A stretch of 64,000 nt of DNA from an uncultured delta proteobacterium (GTDB lineage Bacteria > Myxococcota > UBA727 > VGSZ01), in NCBI GenBank assembly GCA_963775425.1, contig CAVZJB010000005.1, forward strand, positions 512,001 through 576,000, in the 5' to 3' direction. The translations under genes were made by a program, and so were the position numbers. Below are positions 28,001-35,636 of the stretch, piece after piece; the stretch's first letter is position 1, and each line of letters opens with the position of its first letter. The notes beneath the pieces were generated by a model. That model ran no database searches. It saw only the letters and a list, made by a program, of their open reading frames with translations, and had not been told where the DNA came from.

Positions 28001-28227
28001 CGCCACAGCCGCCGCAGCAGGGGCAGCCGCCGCCACAGCAGCCGCCACCGCAGGGGCAGTTCCGCAACCCGACGACGGCCAAGGGGACGATGCTCGGGAC
28101 CATGCCCGTCGTCGACGAGGACATGATCCGGCGCGCCCAGCAGCAGATCAACCAGGGCAAGCCCGGCACGCAGGTCTCCGGCAAGGGCGGCGCCGCGCCG
28201 CTGCCGCCGGACAAGGACAAGAAGTAG
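25096..28227 (+). CDS. 2xFHA - TM - heptaheme cytochrome c - TM - polyproline tail protein
   Basis: Two FHA domains (GR, SxxH, DxGSxNGxFVNG); TM LAWAGVLTSPIVIALFFGGYFVV; 7 CxxCH; second TM VPIFLALAFGMTLPLVLAAVV; long Pro-rich tail with PnGG repeats. Confidence 0.88.
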   Translation: MFCLKVVDGLSAGIEILLKQGGTTTVGRAEDADGQIEDGLCSGKHFEIEWTAAGMIIKDLGSLNGVFVNGERVRENRQVKRGDFIQAGTTLMEIAVSSGNVEVKVSEREPAISGKATMMMDAAAVQDAIARTRAQARVKAKELNRTVIKTQMMTKAEIAKLMTDQPVSKAKTMVLQALPPEILAGTNNAGLAILQKLLADVTPDNPTVCVVKKGASITPYAKSVITLGRDARNDIPLISDDVSGSHARIVKEPSGRFEVIDEGSTNGTFVNGKRVVRQYLQNGDTIQLGQWTGPVALSAGRMAMELNREGVSVKDDKGVIKVLKVGDEGAKEWDPLLREAVRAPMLVKSDRGEKFKKKKKGKSADDIAFRATGDVQRGAMKSRLAWAGVLTSPIVIALFFGGYFVVSLLHKGSTFDALSPGAITNAHASETFIAKAKEAASAENKFGGHTTCFACHPGLNREVTDTACSSCHSQVPTSTHTEVGLTCFDCHGEHNGRNFSPTAQARLGCVGCHQGDPHARLFDKGEGKKARAKAPVITQAQLNIDKAEVHEKHFNIEGRCVACHAVAEGATALTSPEEIAKQARKSCGICHAATDPQPDECVRCHVQHPKDAALVEFLKAQPTNEDDIKQARIDPGTVPIFLALAFGMTLPLVLAAVVKPKPKQKKEQVVEEKAGAKPAGAPAGAAPPPPGPPGAPPPPPGARAPGPPPPPPGGAPPPPPPGGAPPPPPPPGGRAAPPPPPPPGGMAPPPPPPPGGAPPPPPPPPGGRVAPPPPPPPGGVPAPPPPPGGVPPPPPPPGGMAPPPPPPPGGVPPPPPRAAPPPPPGVPPPPPPPGGPPPPPPAAARPAPAAPPPPPPPAAVAPPPPPAARPAPPPPPPPAARPAPPPPPPAARPAPPPPPPAAAPPPPAPRPVAPAPVPAPPPPAPVVRAGTKAAMQIPAQPAPVPAQPAVRAGTKAAMQIPDPRQAPQPPQPPQQGQPPPQQPPPQGQFRNPTTAKGTMLGTMPVVDEDMIRRAQQQINQGKPGTQVSGKGGAAPLPPDKDKK

Positions 28228-28340
28228 CGCTCGGCGGAGCACGCTCGCCGGCCCGCCGGAGCTGGGCCCGCCGGCGGGGATCCGGCCGCGCTCAGAAGAC
28301 GTGCGCCGCGCCTGCAGGCAGAGCGAACGAGCCACCATTC

Positions 28341-28400
28341 GCAACCTGATGGTTGCACACGTCCACAGAGGCGGCTACGCAGGCGTAACCAGGAGGTTGC
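28341..28400 (+). promoter_or_regulatory. Two palindromic ArsR-type operator candidates
   Basis: GCAACC-TGAT-GGTTGC (28341-28356) and GTAACC-AGGA-GGTTGC (28385-28400, overlapping the RBS) upstream of the SRPBCC-ArsR pair. Confidence 0.65.
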
Positions 28401-28402
28401 AC

Positions 28403-28921
28403 ATGTCTGCCCCGACCCCCAGCGATCGCATCGAGAAGGTCGTCACCCTCAACGCGCCCGTGTCGCGCGTGTGGCGCGCCGTCGCCGACAGCGCCGAATT
28501 CGGGCGCTGGTTCGGGGTGACGCTCGGCGGCCCGTTCGTCGAGGGGCGCGCCCTGCGCGGCACGTTCACGGGCGAGCTCCCGGTCGACGCCATCGCGTCA
28601 CAGCAGCGCGCGCTCGGCCTGCCGCCGTCGCCGGTGAGGACGCCGCCCGCCGTGTTCTGCACCGTGGAGCGCGTCGAGCCGGAGCGCGCTCTCGCGTTTC
28701 GCTGGATCCCGTACGGCATCGACGCCGCCGTCGACCCCGCCCACGAGCCCACGACGCTCGTGGAATTCCGTCTCGAGGCCGTCCCCGAGGGCACGCGGCT
28801 CACCATCACGGAGTCGGGCTTCGACAAGGTCCCGGAGCACCGGCGCCGGCGTGCCTTCCTCATGAACGACGCCGGCTGGGCCGAGCAGGCGAAGAACATC
28901 GCGCGCCATGTCGAGGGCTGA
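28403..28921 (+). CDS. SRPBCC/AHA1-like protein
   Basis: DRIEKVVTLNAPVSRVWRAVADSAEFGRWFG, TTLVEFRLE, GTRLTITESGFD; AGGAGG RBS. Confidence 0.88.
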   Translation: MSAPTPSDRIEKVVTLNAPVSRVWRAVADSAEFGRWFGVTLGGPFVEGRALRGTFTGELPVDAIASQQRALGLPPSPVRTPPAVFCTVERVEPERALAFRWIPYGIDAAVDPAHEPTTLVEFRLEAVPEGTRLTITESGFDKVPEHRRRRAFLMNDAGWAEQAKNIARHVEG

Positions 28922-29261
28922 GCGTCGAGCCGAACGCGTCGCCGACGCCGCGGCGGTGTTCTGCGCGCTCGGCGACGACACGCGCTTGTCGCTCGTGACC
29001 ACCCTGGCAGACGGGATCGCGCGGACGGCGACGCAGCTCGCCGGCGGTGCGCCCATCTCCCGCCAGGCGGTGATGAAGCACCTGAAGGTCCTCGAGGCCG
29101 CGCGGCTCGTGCGCCGGGTCCCCGAGGGGCGCGCGGTGCTCTACGGGCTCGACGTCGAACGCATCGACGACGCGGGCGCCTTCCTCCACGGCATCTCCGC
29201 GGGCTGGGACCGCGCCATCGCTCGGCTGCGGCGCCTCGTCGAGGACGAGCGGGACCCGTAG
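28908..29261 (+). CDS. ArsR/SmtB-family transcriptional regulator
   Basis: VFCALGDDTRLSLV...ISRQAVMKHLKVLEAARLVRR..EGR winged HTH. Confidence 0.88.
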   Translation: MSRAERRAERVADAAAVFCALGDDTRLSLVTTLADGIARTATQLAGGAPISRQAVMKHLKVLEAARLVRRVPEGRAVLYGLDVERIDDAGAFLHGISAGWDRAIARLRRLVEDERDP

Positions 29262-29301
29262 GCCCCGCGCAGTCGCCACACGCGGCGACGCGGCCGCGGC
29301 G

Positions 29302-30633
29302 TCAGGCGGACTTCACGAGCTCCACGATCGCCTGCACCGCGCCCGTCACCGCCCCGAGCGCGCCCGCCCCCTCGCCGCCGATCTGCGTGATCCTCATCTC
29401 GCCGATGTGGCCGCCGACGGCGCCGGCGAGCTCCGGCAGCTTCTCTGCGAGCTTCAGGCGCGCCGCGGCCTCCACCGTCGTCACCCGCGCTTGCGCCATC
29501 GCCTGCGCCACCGCCGCGCTGCCCTCGCCCTCGAGGCGCACGAGATCCGCTTCCGCGCGCCGCTCGTCGACGTGGATCGCGAGCTCGGCGCGCGCGAGGT
29601 CCGCGCGGCGCGCCGCCGCCTCCGCGAGCGCCGCGAACGACGCGAGCTGCGCCTCCGCCTCGATCTTCTTGAGCTCTTCGAGGCGCGTCTTGCGTTTGGT
29701 CTCCGCCTCGCGCTCGGCGAGCACGATCTCCTGCTTCTTTCGCTCGAGCGCCGCCTTCTCGACCAGCTTGGCCTCCTCGAGCTCGCGCTGCACCTGCGCC
29801 CGCCGCAGCTCGTCGGCGCGACGGATCTCGAGCTCCTGCTGCGCGAGCTCCTGCTTGCGCGCGGCGACGACGAGGGCGGCCTGGATGCGCGCCTCCTCGA
29901 TGGCCCGATTGCACGCCGCTTCGCGCGCCGTGATCTCCTTTTCGGCCTCGGCGCGGGCTTCGCGGGCGCTGCGGTCGAGGGCGGCGCGGTAGGGCGCCTG
30001 CATCTGCGCGAAGACGGCGTCGGACAGGACGCGCACCTCCTGGATCTCGATGGTGTCGACGACGATGCCCCAGCCCTGGTCGGTGGCGTCGTCGATGCGC
30101 CCGTCGCCGCCCACCACCGGCGCCACCTCCTTCAGGAGCTCCTGGGCGAGGGCGACCTTCCGCTTCTGCAAACAGTCGTCGAGGCCGAGGTTGGCGATGA
30201 GCCGGCGCGCGCCGCCCACGAACATCGACGTGAGCGTCTCCTCGAGCTTCTCCTGCGCGCGCTCCGGGTAGCTGAAGTTGAGCACGCGGTAGGCGATCAG
30301 CGGGTCGGCGATGCGGTAGACGGCGAGGCCGGTGACCTCGATGCCCACGCGCTCGACGGTGACCTGGTCGGCGCGGAAGCGGAGCCGCTGCAGCGACGTC
30401 GGGATCACGGCGACCGAGTCCCACGGGAGCTTGAAGCACGTCGCGCCCTGGCCGCTCGAGCGCGTGCGCACGCGGCCCTGTCGCACGTGGACGAGGAACT
30501 CCGAGGGCTTTGCCGACACGAAGCCCCACCGCTTGGTCTTCGCGGGGTCCTCGACGGGGCGCCCCTCGCGCCAGCCCGTGCGCTCCTTGGGCCGCTCGGT
30601 CACGTGGATGTGCGTCGTCGCTGCCTTGTTCAT
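29302..30633 (-). CDS. SPFH/band-7 (flotillin-like) protein
   Basis: ATG 30633 with GGAGG RBS; AKPSEFLVH, DQVTVERVGIEVTGLAVYRIADP, GWGIVVDTIEIQEV, then Ala/Glu-rich coiled coil. Confidence 0.85.
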   Translation of the reverse strand: MNKAATTHIHVTERPKERTGWREGRPVEDPAKTKRWGFVSAKPSEFLVHVRQGRVRTRSSGQGATCFKLPWDSVAVIPTSLQRLRFRADQVTVERVGIEVTGLAVYRIADPLIAYRVLNFSYPERAQEKLEETLTSMFVGGARRLIANLGLDDCLQKRKVALAQELLKEVAPVVGGDGRIDDATDQGWGIVVDTIEIQEVRVLSDAVFAQMQAPYRAALDRSAREARAEAEKEITAREAACNRAIEEARIQAALVVAARKQELAQQELEIRRADELRRAQVQRELEEAKLVEKAALERKKQEIVLAEREAETKRKTRLEELKKIEAEAQLASFAALAEAAARRADLARAELAIHVDERRAEADLVRLEGEGSAAVAQAMAQARVTTVEAAARLKLAEKLPELAGAVGGHIGEMRITQIGGEGAGALGAVTGAVQAIVELVKSA

Positions 30634-30658
30634 CGCCACCTCCTGGCACCCGCTCTCC

Positions 30659-31021
30659 ATGGCGCGTGCCACGGGGCGCGCCGCGCGGCACCGCGTCCGC
30701 ATCCCGCCCACGCCGCGCCGCCTGCTCCGAAGCGGAGCAGGCGCTTGCGCCGTCCTCGCGCAGCTCGGGCGCGGCGCGCAGTCGATCAGCGCTCTCGCGG
30801 CGGCGTTCGACATGACGCTCACGGGCGTGAAGAAGCACGTCCGCGTCCTCGAAGACGCAGGCCTGGTGACGACGGAGAAGGCCGGCCGCGTCCGCACCTG
30901 CCGGCTCGGTCCGCGCCGGCTCGAGGACGAGACGGCGTTCATCGAGGCGTACAGAGAGACGCTCGAGGACAACCTCGATCGCCTCGGCGGGCTGCTCGAG
31001 CGCACACGGAAGAGGCGATGA
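30659..31021 (+). CDS. ArsR-family regulator with apparently damaged N-terminus
   Basis: Clear HTH half (SISALAAAFDMTLTGVKKHVRVLEDAGLVTTEKAGRVRTC), but the usual F-x-ALADPTR helix 1 is missing. Confidence 0.6.
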   Translation: MARATGRAARHRVRIPPTPRRLLRSGAGACAVLAQLGRGAQSISALAAAFDMTLTGVKKHVRVLEDAGLVTTEKAGRVRTCRLGPRRLEDETAFIEAYRETLEDNLDRLGGLLERTRKRR

Positions 31022-31566
31022 CGACGACGGAGACCCTGCACGTCGGCACACCCGCCGAGCGCGAGATCCGCGTCGAGCGCACGTTCCACGCGGCCCGCGA
31101 CCGCGTCTGGCGCGCGCAGCGCGAGCGGTGCGCGGCGGCGCGAGCGGTGCGCGGCGGCGCGGCGGCGCGAGCGGTGCGCGGCGGCGCGAGCGGTGCGCGG
31201 CGGCGCTCGGCGCGAGCGGTGCGCGGCGGCGCGAGCGGTGGGCGGCGGCGCGAGCGGTGCGCGGCGGCGCTCGGCGCGAGCGGTGCGCGGCGGCGCGAGC
31301 GGTGCGCGGCGGCGCTCAACGCGAGCGGTGCGCGGCGGCGCGAGCGGTGCGAGCGGTGCGCGGCGGCGCTCGGCGCGAGCGGTGCGCGGCGGCGCTCGGC
31401 GCGAGCGGTGCGCGGCGGCGCTCGGCGCGAGCCGTGCGCGGCGGCGCGCGGCGCACGTCGACGACGGCTGGTGACGCTCCGCCGTCGAGGAGACGGGCGA
31501 ACGACCGACGGCTACCGCGACGATGCTGCGTTGTCCGGAAACCGGGGTGCTCCGGCGATGCGTTGA
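31018..31566 (+). pseudogene. SRPBCC/AHA1 remnant interrupted by a tandem repeat
   Basis: First 33 aa (MTTTETLHVGTPAEREIRVERTFHAARDRVWRA) are a typical AHA1 N-terminus; the sequence then turns into a 19/26-bp repeat array. Confidence 0.7.
31121..31450 (+). repeat. Tandem repeat GCGAGCGGTGCGCGGCGGC(GCTCGGC)
   Basis: About 15 units of mostly 19 or 26 bp, no unique spacers. Confidence 0.9.
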
Positions 31567-31611
31567 TGCATCGCGGGCCCGCGCACGGCGAAACCTCGAT
31601 TGGAGGTGGCT

Positions 31612-32520
31612 ATGAAGCGCGGGTGGCTCGTCGGTTTGTTCTTCGTCGTTTCGTGTGGGCACGAGGTGCTCGATCCCCAGCCACAGCGCGCCCCCACCGA
31701 CACCGGTGATCCCGGCTCGCAGGGCCCCGTCACGGGCCAGCAAAACGCCCCTGCCCCGAACGACTCCGGCGATCTCCCCGCGTGCGCGGCCGACGAGTGC
31801 GTCGCCGGCGACGGCTACTGCGACGTCGGCTTCTGCGCCGGGTGCGACGCCGACGCCGACTGCGACGGCACCGACCCCGGCGCGGATCCGGGCGACCTCC
31901 CGGCATGCACCGCGGACGACTGCGTCGCCGGCGACGGCTTGTGTGACGTGGGCTTCTGCGCCGAATGCAGCACCGACCCCGACTGCGACGACGCGGGGAC
32001 CACCGACCCCACGGACCCGGGCGATCTCCCGGCGTGCACCGCCGACGACTGCGTCGCCGGCGACGGCTTGTGCGACGTGGGCTTCTGCGCCGAATGCAGC
32101 GCCGACCCCGACTGCGACGGCGCCACCGACCCCGGCACCGACCCCGGCACCGACTTGCCGGCGTGCCAGGCGGACGAGTGCGTCGCGGGTGACGGCTACT
32201 GCGACGTCGGCTACTGCGACTGCGCCGCCGACGCCGACTGCAGCGACGCGCCCCCGGACGACCTGCCCGCCTGCGCGGCCGACGAGTGCGTCGACGGGGA
32301 CGGCTTGTGCGACGTGGGCTTCTGCGACTGCGCCGCCGACTCCGACTGCACCGACGCCGGCAACGGCGATTGCGGCGGCGGCGGCGGCGGCGGCACGGGC
32401 GGCGGCGGCGGCGGCGGGACCGGCGGCCTGCCTTCCTGCCCCGACGACTACTGCGTCGCCGGCGACGGCTTCTGCGACGTCGGCGCCTGCGCCGAGTGCA
32501 CCGCCGACCCCGACTGCTGA
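31612..32520 (+). CDS. Cys/Asp-rich lipoprotein with six 6-Cys repeats
   Basis: GGAGG RBS, lipobox FFVVSC; six units of LPxCxxDxCVxGDGxCDVGxC(x)xCxxDxDC. Confidence 0.82.
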   Translation: MKRGWLVGLFFVVSCGHEVLDPQPQRAPTDTGDPGSQGPVTGQQNAPAPNDSGDLPACAADECVAGDGYCDVGFCAGCDADADCDGTDPGADPGDLPACTADDCVAGDGLCDVGFCAECSTDPDCDDAGTTDPTDPGDLPACTADDCVAGDGLCDVGFCAECSADPDCDGATDPGTDPGTDLPACQADECVAGDGYCDVGYCDCAADADCSDAPPDDLPACAADECVDGDGLCDVGFCDCAADSDCTDAGNGDCGGGGGGGTGGGGGGGTGGLPSCPDDYCVAGDGFCDVGACAECTADPDC

Positions 32521-32556
32521 CGTGCGCGCCTGCTCGTGGCGCCGTAGGATGGCGAC

Positions 32557-33672
32557 GTGGTGGACCTCGTCACGCTCGCCATCCCGTTTTTCTTCCTGGG
32601 GATGCTCGTCGAGCTCATCGTCGGGAGAGTGCGCAAGCGGCCGGTGTTTCGCGGGCCCGACGTCGCCGCCAATCTGGCGCTCGGCACCATGCAGACGCTG
32701 GTGGGCGTCGTCGGCGGCGTCGTCATCATCGGCGGCTACCAGTGGATTTGGACGCACGCGCGACTGAGCACCATCCACGACGACAATGCGGTCGCGTGGG
32801 TGGTGCTCTTCGTTGGACTGGATTTCCTCTATTATTGGTTTCACCGGGCCGCCCACCGAATCAACATCGCGTGGGCGTCGCACGCGCCGCACCACTCGAG
32901 CGAGGACTTCAATCTGGCGGTGGCGCTGCGGCAGGGGCCGCTGCAGCCGTTCATATCCCACGTCTTCTATCTGCCGCTCGCGTTCGCCGGCTTTCCCCTC
33001 GCGATGTTCGCGGTGGTCGGCAGCATCAACACCATCATCCAGTTCTGGGTGCACACCGAGCTCGTCGGAAAGCTCGGGCCGCTCGAGTGGATCTTCAACA
33101 CGCCCTCGCACCATCGCGTGCACCACGGCTGCAACGGTCGCTACATCGACCGCAACCACGGCGGTGTCTTCATCGTGTGGGATCGGCTCTTCGGCACCTT
33201 CGAGCCCGAGGCGGACCGCCCGGTGTACGGCACGGTCAAGCAGCTCACGACATGGAACCCGCTTGCCGCCGCCGTCGCCCCGTTCGTCGACATCGCCCGG
33301 CTCGCGCGGCGCGCGCCCCGCTTGCGGGACAAGCTGCTCGTGTGGCTGAAGCCGCCGGAGTGGGTGCCGCCGGGCGTGAGCATCGAGGTCCCCGACGTCG
33401 TGGTGCGCCCGCGCTTCGACGCGCGCCCGTCGCCGGCGGCGTCGCGCTACGTGACGCCGATGTTCATCGTCACGCTCCTGGCCGTCGTGGGATTCCTGTT
33501 CTTCGGCGCGTCGCACATGAGCACGAGCGGCGTGTGGCTCACGGCTGTCTGGCTCACGGTGTCGTTCGCGAGCCTGGGCGCGCTCCTCGACGGCCGCGCA
33601 TGGGCGAAGCCCCTCGAGGTCGCGCGCCTGCTGGCGGTCCTGCCGCTCGCGGCCGCGATGTTCGCCGCGTGA
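32557..33672 (+). CDS. Sterol desaturase family, alkylglycerol monooxygenase (AGMO)-like
   Basis: His boxes YYWFHRAAH, WASHAPHHSSE, FWVHTE, NTPSHHRVHHG; plus ALRQ and IVWDRLFGTF. Confidence 0.85.
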   Translation: MVDLVTLAIPFFFLGMLVELIVGRVRKRPVFRGPDVAANLALGTMQTLVGVVGGVVIIGGYQWIWTHARLSTIHDDNAVAWVVLFVGLDFLYYWFHRAAHRINIAWASHAPHHSSEDFNLAVALRQGPLQPFISHVFYLPLAFAGFPLAMFAVVGSINTIIQFWVHTELVGKLGPLEWIFNTPSHHRVHHGCNGRYIDRNHGGVFIVWDRLFGTFEPEADRPVYGTVKQLTTWNPLAAAVAPFVDIARLARRAPRLRDKLLVWLKPPEWVPPGVSIEVPDVVVRPRFDARPSPAASRYVTPMFIVTLLAVVGFLFFGASHMSTSGVWLTAVWLTVSFASLGALLDGRAWAKPLEVARLLAVLPLAAAMFAA

Positions 33673-33680
33673 GCTCGGCG

Positions 33681-33890
33681 TCAGCCGTCGCCCGCGCCTG
33701 TTCCCGTGTGCGGGGGCCACACGCCCGGCGGGCAGGGCTTCACGGCGTCGAGCGGGCGCACGACGAAGCCGAGCCGCACATAGAGCAGCACCCGCACCGA
33801 CGGGACGCCGTCGACGTCGAGCAGGCGCTCGACGCGACAGACGCCGAGCGCGGGCTCCGCGGGAATGACGACGAGGTCGCCGGGCTTCAC
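33681..33890 (-). CDS. Small hypothetical protein (Tudor/SH3-like)
   Basis: GTG overlaps the upstream stop (GTGA); MKPGDLVVIPAEPALGVCRVERL pattern. Confidence 0.5.
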   Translation of the reverse strand: MKPGDLVVIPAEPALGVCRVERLLDVDGVPSVRVLLYVRLGFVVRPLDAVKPCPPGVWPPHTGTGAGDG

Positions 33891-34753
33891 TTGCCCTTCT
33901 TGAGCGTCACCTTGTCGAGCGAGACCTTGACCTCGTTCTGGATGCCGGGCTGGTGCTTGCAGCCGGCGGCGAGCAGGGAGTCGAACAGGCCCTTGCGGAT
34001 GACGGAGCCGGTGGCCTTCTCGATGTCGAACTGCGCCGGGGCCGTGCTCTTGACCTCGATGGTGTCGCCCTTCTTCTCGGCGGTCACGGGGAAGCTGACG
34101 GGGATCTCGACGGAGTCCCACAACACGAGCTTGCCGTTGACCGTGCCTTCGACGCTCTTGCCCTCCTTGGGCGTGGCCGCGTCACCCTCGACGCCGTCGA
34201 GGACGAGGCCGGCCTTGGTGACGCCGCTTTGCAGCTTGGCCGAGAGCGTCTTCCACACGCCCTCGACGGCGGTCTTGTGCGCGGCGTCGGCGAAGGGCGC
34301 GGCGCCGAAGAAGGCCTGAACGACGTTGGCGTCGCGAACGGGGTTGCCGGCGCCGTCCTTGCTCACGGTGGCGAGCTTGGTGAGGTCGACGGTGAACACG
34401 CCCTTCTTGCTCTTTGCGTCGTACGCGCCGGCGGCGGCCCCGGAGAGCTTGCCGGTGATGGGGCCGGCGGAGTTGCTGACGATGGTGAAGGAGACGTCGG
34501 TGCCCGTGGGGTCGACCGTCCAGGTGGTCTTGCCCTTGGGGGCCTCGGGGATCTTGTGCGCGCCCGGCGCGATGCCCGCGGGCTCGGGCTGTGGGGGCGT
34601 CGCCGGCGGCGCAGGCGTCGGCGTCGCGGGCGGCGTCGCGGGCGCGGGCGCCGGGGCCGGCGCCGGGGGCGCGGCCGGCTCCGTCTTGGGGCAGGCCGCC
34701 GAAGTGACGACGCAGAGCGAGAAGGCGAGGGCGAGGGGTGCGATGCGCAGCAT
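33887..34753 (-). CDS. YceI-like lipoprotein
   Basis: Lipobox TSAAC, Pro/Ala linker, TWTVDPTGTDVSFTI...ITGKL...FTVDLTKL...NPVRD. Confidence 0.6.
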   Translation of the reverse strand: MLRIAPLALAFSLCVVTSAACPKTEPAAPPAPAPAPAPATPPATPTPAPPATPPQPEPAGIAPGAHKIPEAPKGKTTWTVDPTGTDVSFTIVSNSAGPITGKLSGAAAGAYDAKSKKGVFTVDLTKLATVSKDGAGNPVRDANVVQAFFGAAPFADAAHKTAVEGVWKTLSAKLQSGVTKAGLVLDGVEGDAATPKEGKSVEGTVNGKLVLWDSVEIPVSFPVTAEKKGDTIEVKSTAPAQFDIEKATGSVIRKGLFDSLLAAGCKHQPGIQNEVKVSLDKVTLKKGK

Positions 34754-34854
34754 GTCGGAAGTCCTTCTGTGAGACGCTCGAGATAGATCGCTTTTGGTGA
34801 TGACGAAAGCGCGATAAGCAGTGGTGCTCACCGTGGTTTTTTTCCGGAGCCGAA

Positions 34855-35502
34855 ATGCCCCGCGTCGTCGTCGCCGATGATCACCCAATCTTCTTGAAGG
34901 GCCTCGTCGAGGTCCTCGAAGACGCGGGTTTCGACGTCGTGGGCCAGGCAAATGACGGCGAGCGCCTGTTGGCGTTGGTGCGCGAGCATCGCCCCGACCT
35001 CGCCGTCATCGACATCTCCATGCCCGTGCTCGACGGCCTGGCGGTGCTGCGTCGAGCGCGCGAGGAGAACGTCGAATGCACCTTCGTCGTGCTCTCGCTT
35101 CACGACGAGAAGGCCACGGTGAAGGCGGCGCTCACGCTCGGTGCGCGCGCGTACGTCAAGAAGGCCAACGCCACCGAAGAGATCATCGAAGCGGCGCGGG
35201 CGGCGCTCTCCGGCAGCACGTGGACGAGCCCCGACGACGAAGGCGGCGCCGGCGCGCCGGTGACGTCATTCGAGCGCCTCACCCCCGCCGAGCTGCGCGT
35301 GATGATTCTGCTCGCGGACAACATGACGAGCCCGCAGATCGCCGAGCGCCTCGGCCTCTCGGTGCGCACCGTGCAGAACCACCGCGCGCACATTTGCGAG
35401 AAGCTCCTGCTGAGTGGAAGCCATCGCTTGTTGCAGCTCGCGCTCGAGAACAAGGACCGCATCCAGGTCCTGCTGCGCGCGCAGGACGCGACCTCCACGT
35501 AG
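34855..35502 (+). CDS. NarL/LuxR-family response regulator
   Basis: VVVADDHP, DISMPVLDG receiver; LTPAELRVM...LGLSVRTVQNHRAHICEKL HTH. Confidence 0.92.
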   Translation: MPRVVVADDHPIFLKGLVEVLEDAGFDVVGQANDGERLLALVREHRPDLAVIDISMPVLDGLAVLRRAREENVECTFVVLSLHDEKATVKAALTLGARAYVKKANATEEIIEAARAALSGSTWTSPDDEGGAGAPVTSFERLTPAELRVMILLADNMTSPQIAERLGLSVRTVQNHRAHICEKLLLSGSHRLLQLALENKDRIQVLLRAQDATST

Positions 35503-35636
35503 CGCGAATCGAGTCGGGACCGCGCTCGCTCGGCGTGCGCGCCGCGCTCCGGTCGGCATGAGCAGTCGTTCTCATTGAGTCGTGCCCGAGACGTGTTAAC
35601 GGCGCACTCCACCGTGCTCGCACAAGGAGTGCTCGA

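Noticed and set aside
31121-31450. Possible CRISPR array
   Set aside because: Head-to-tail repeats without unique spacers; no cas genes.
29302-33720. 1472-aa minus-strand ORF as a giant SPFH fusion
   Set aside because: Only 29302-30633 is SPFH-like and has its own RBS; the rest is antisense to real + strand genes.
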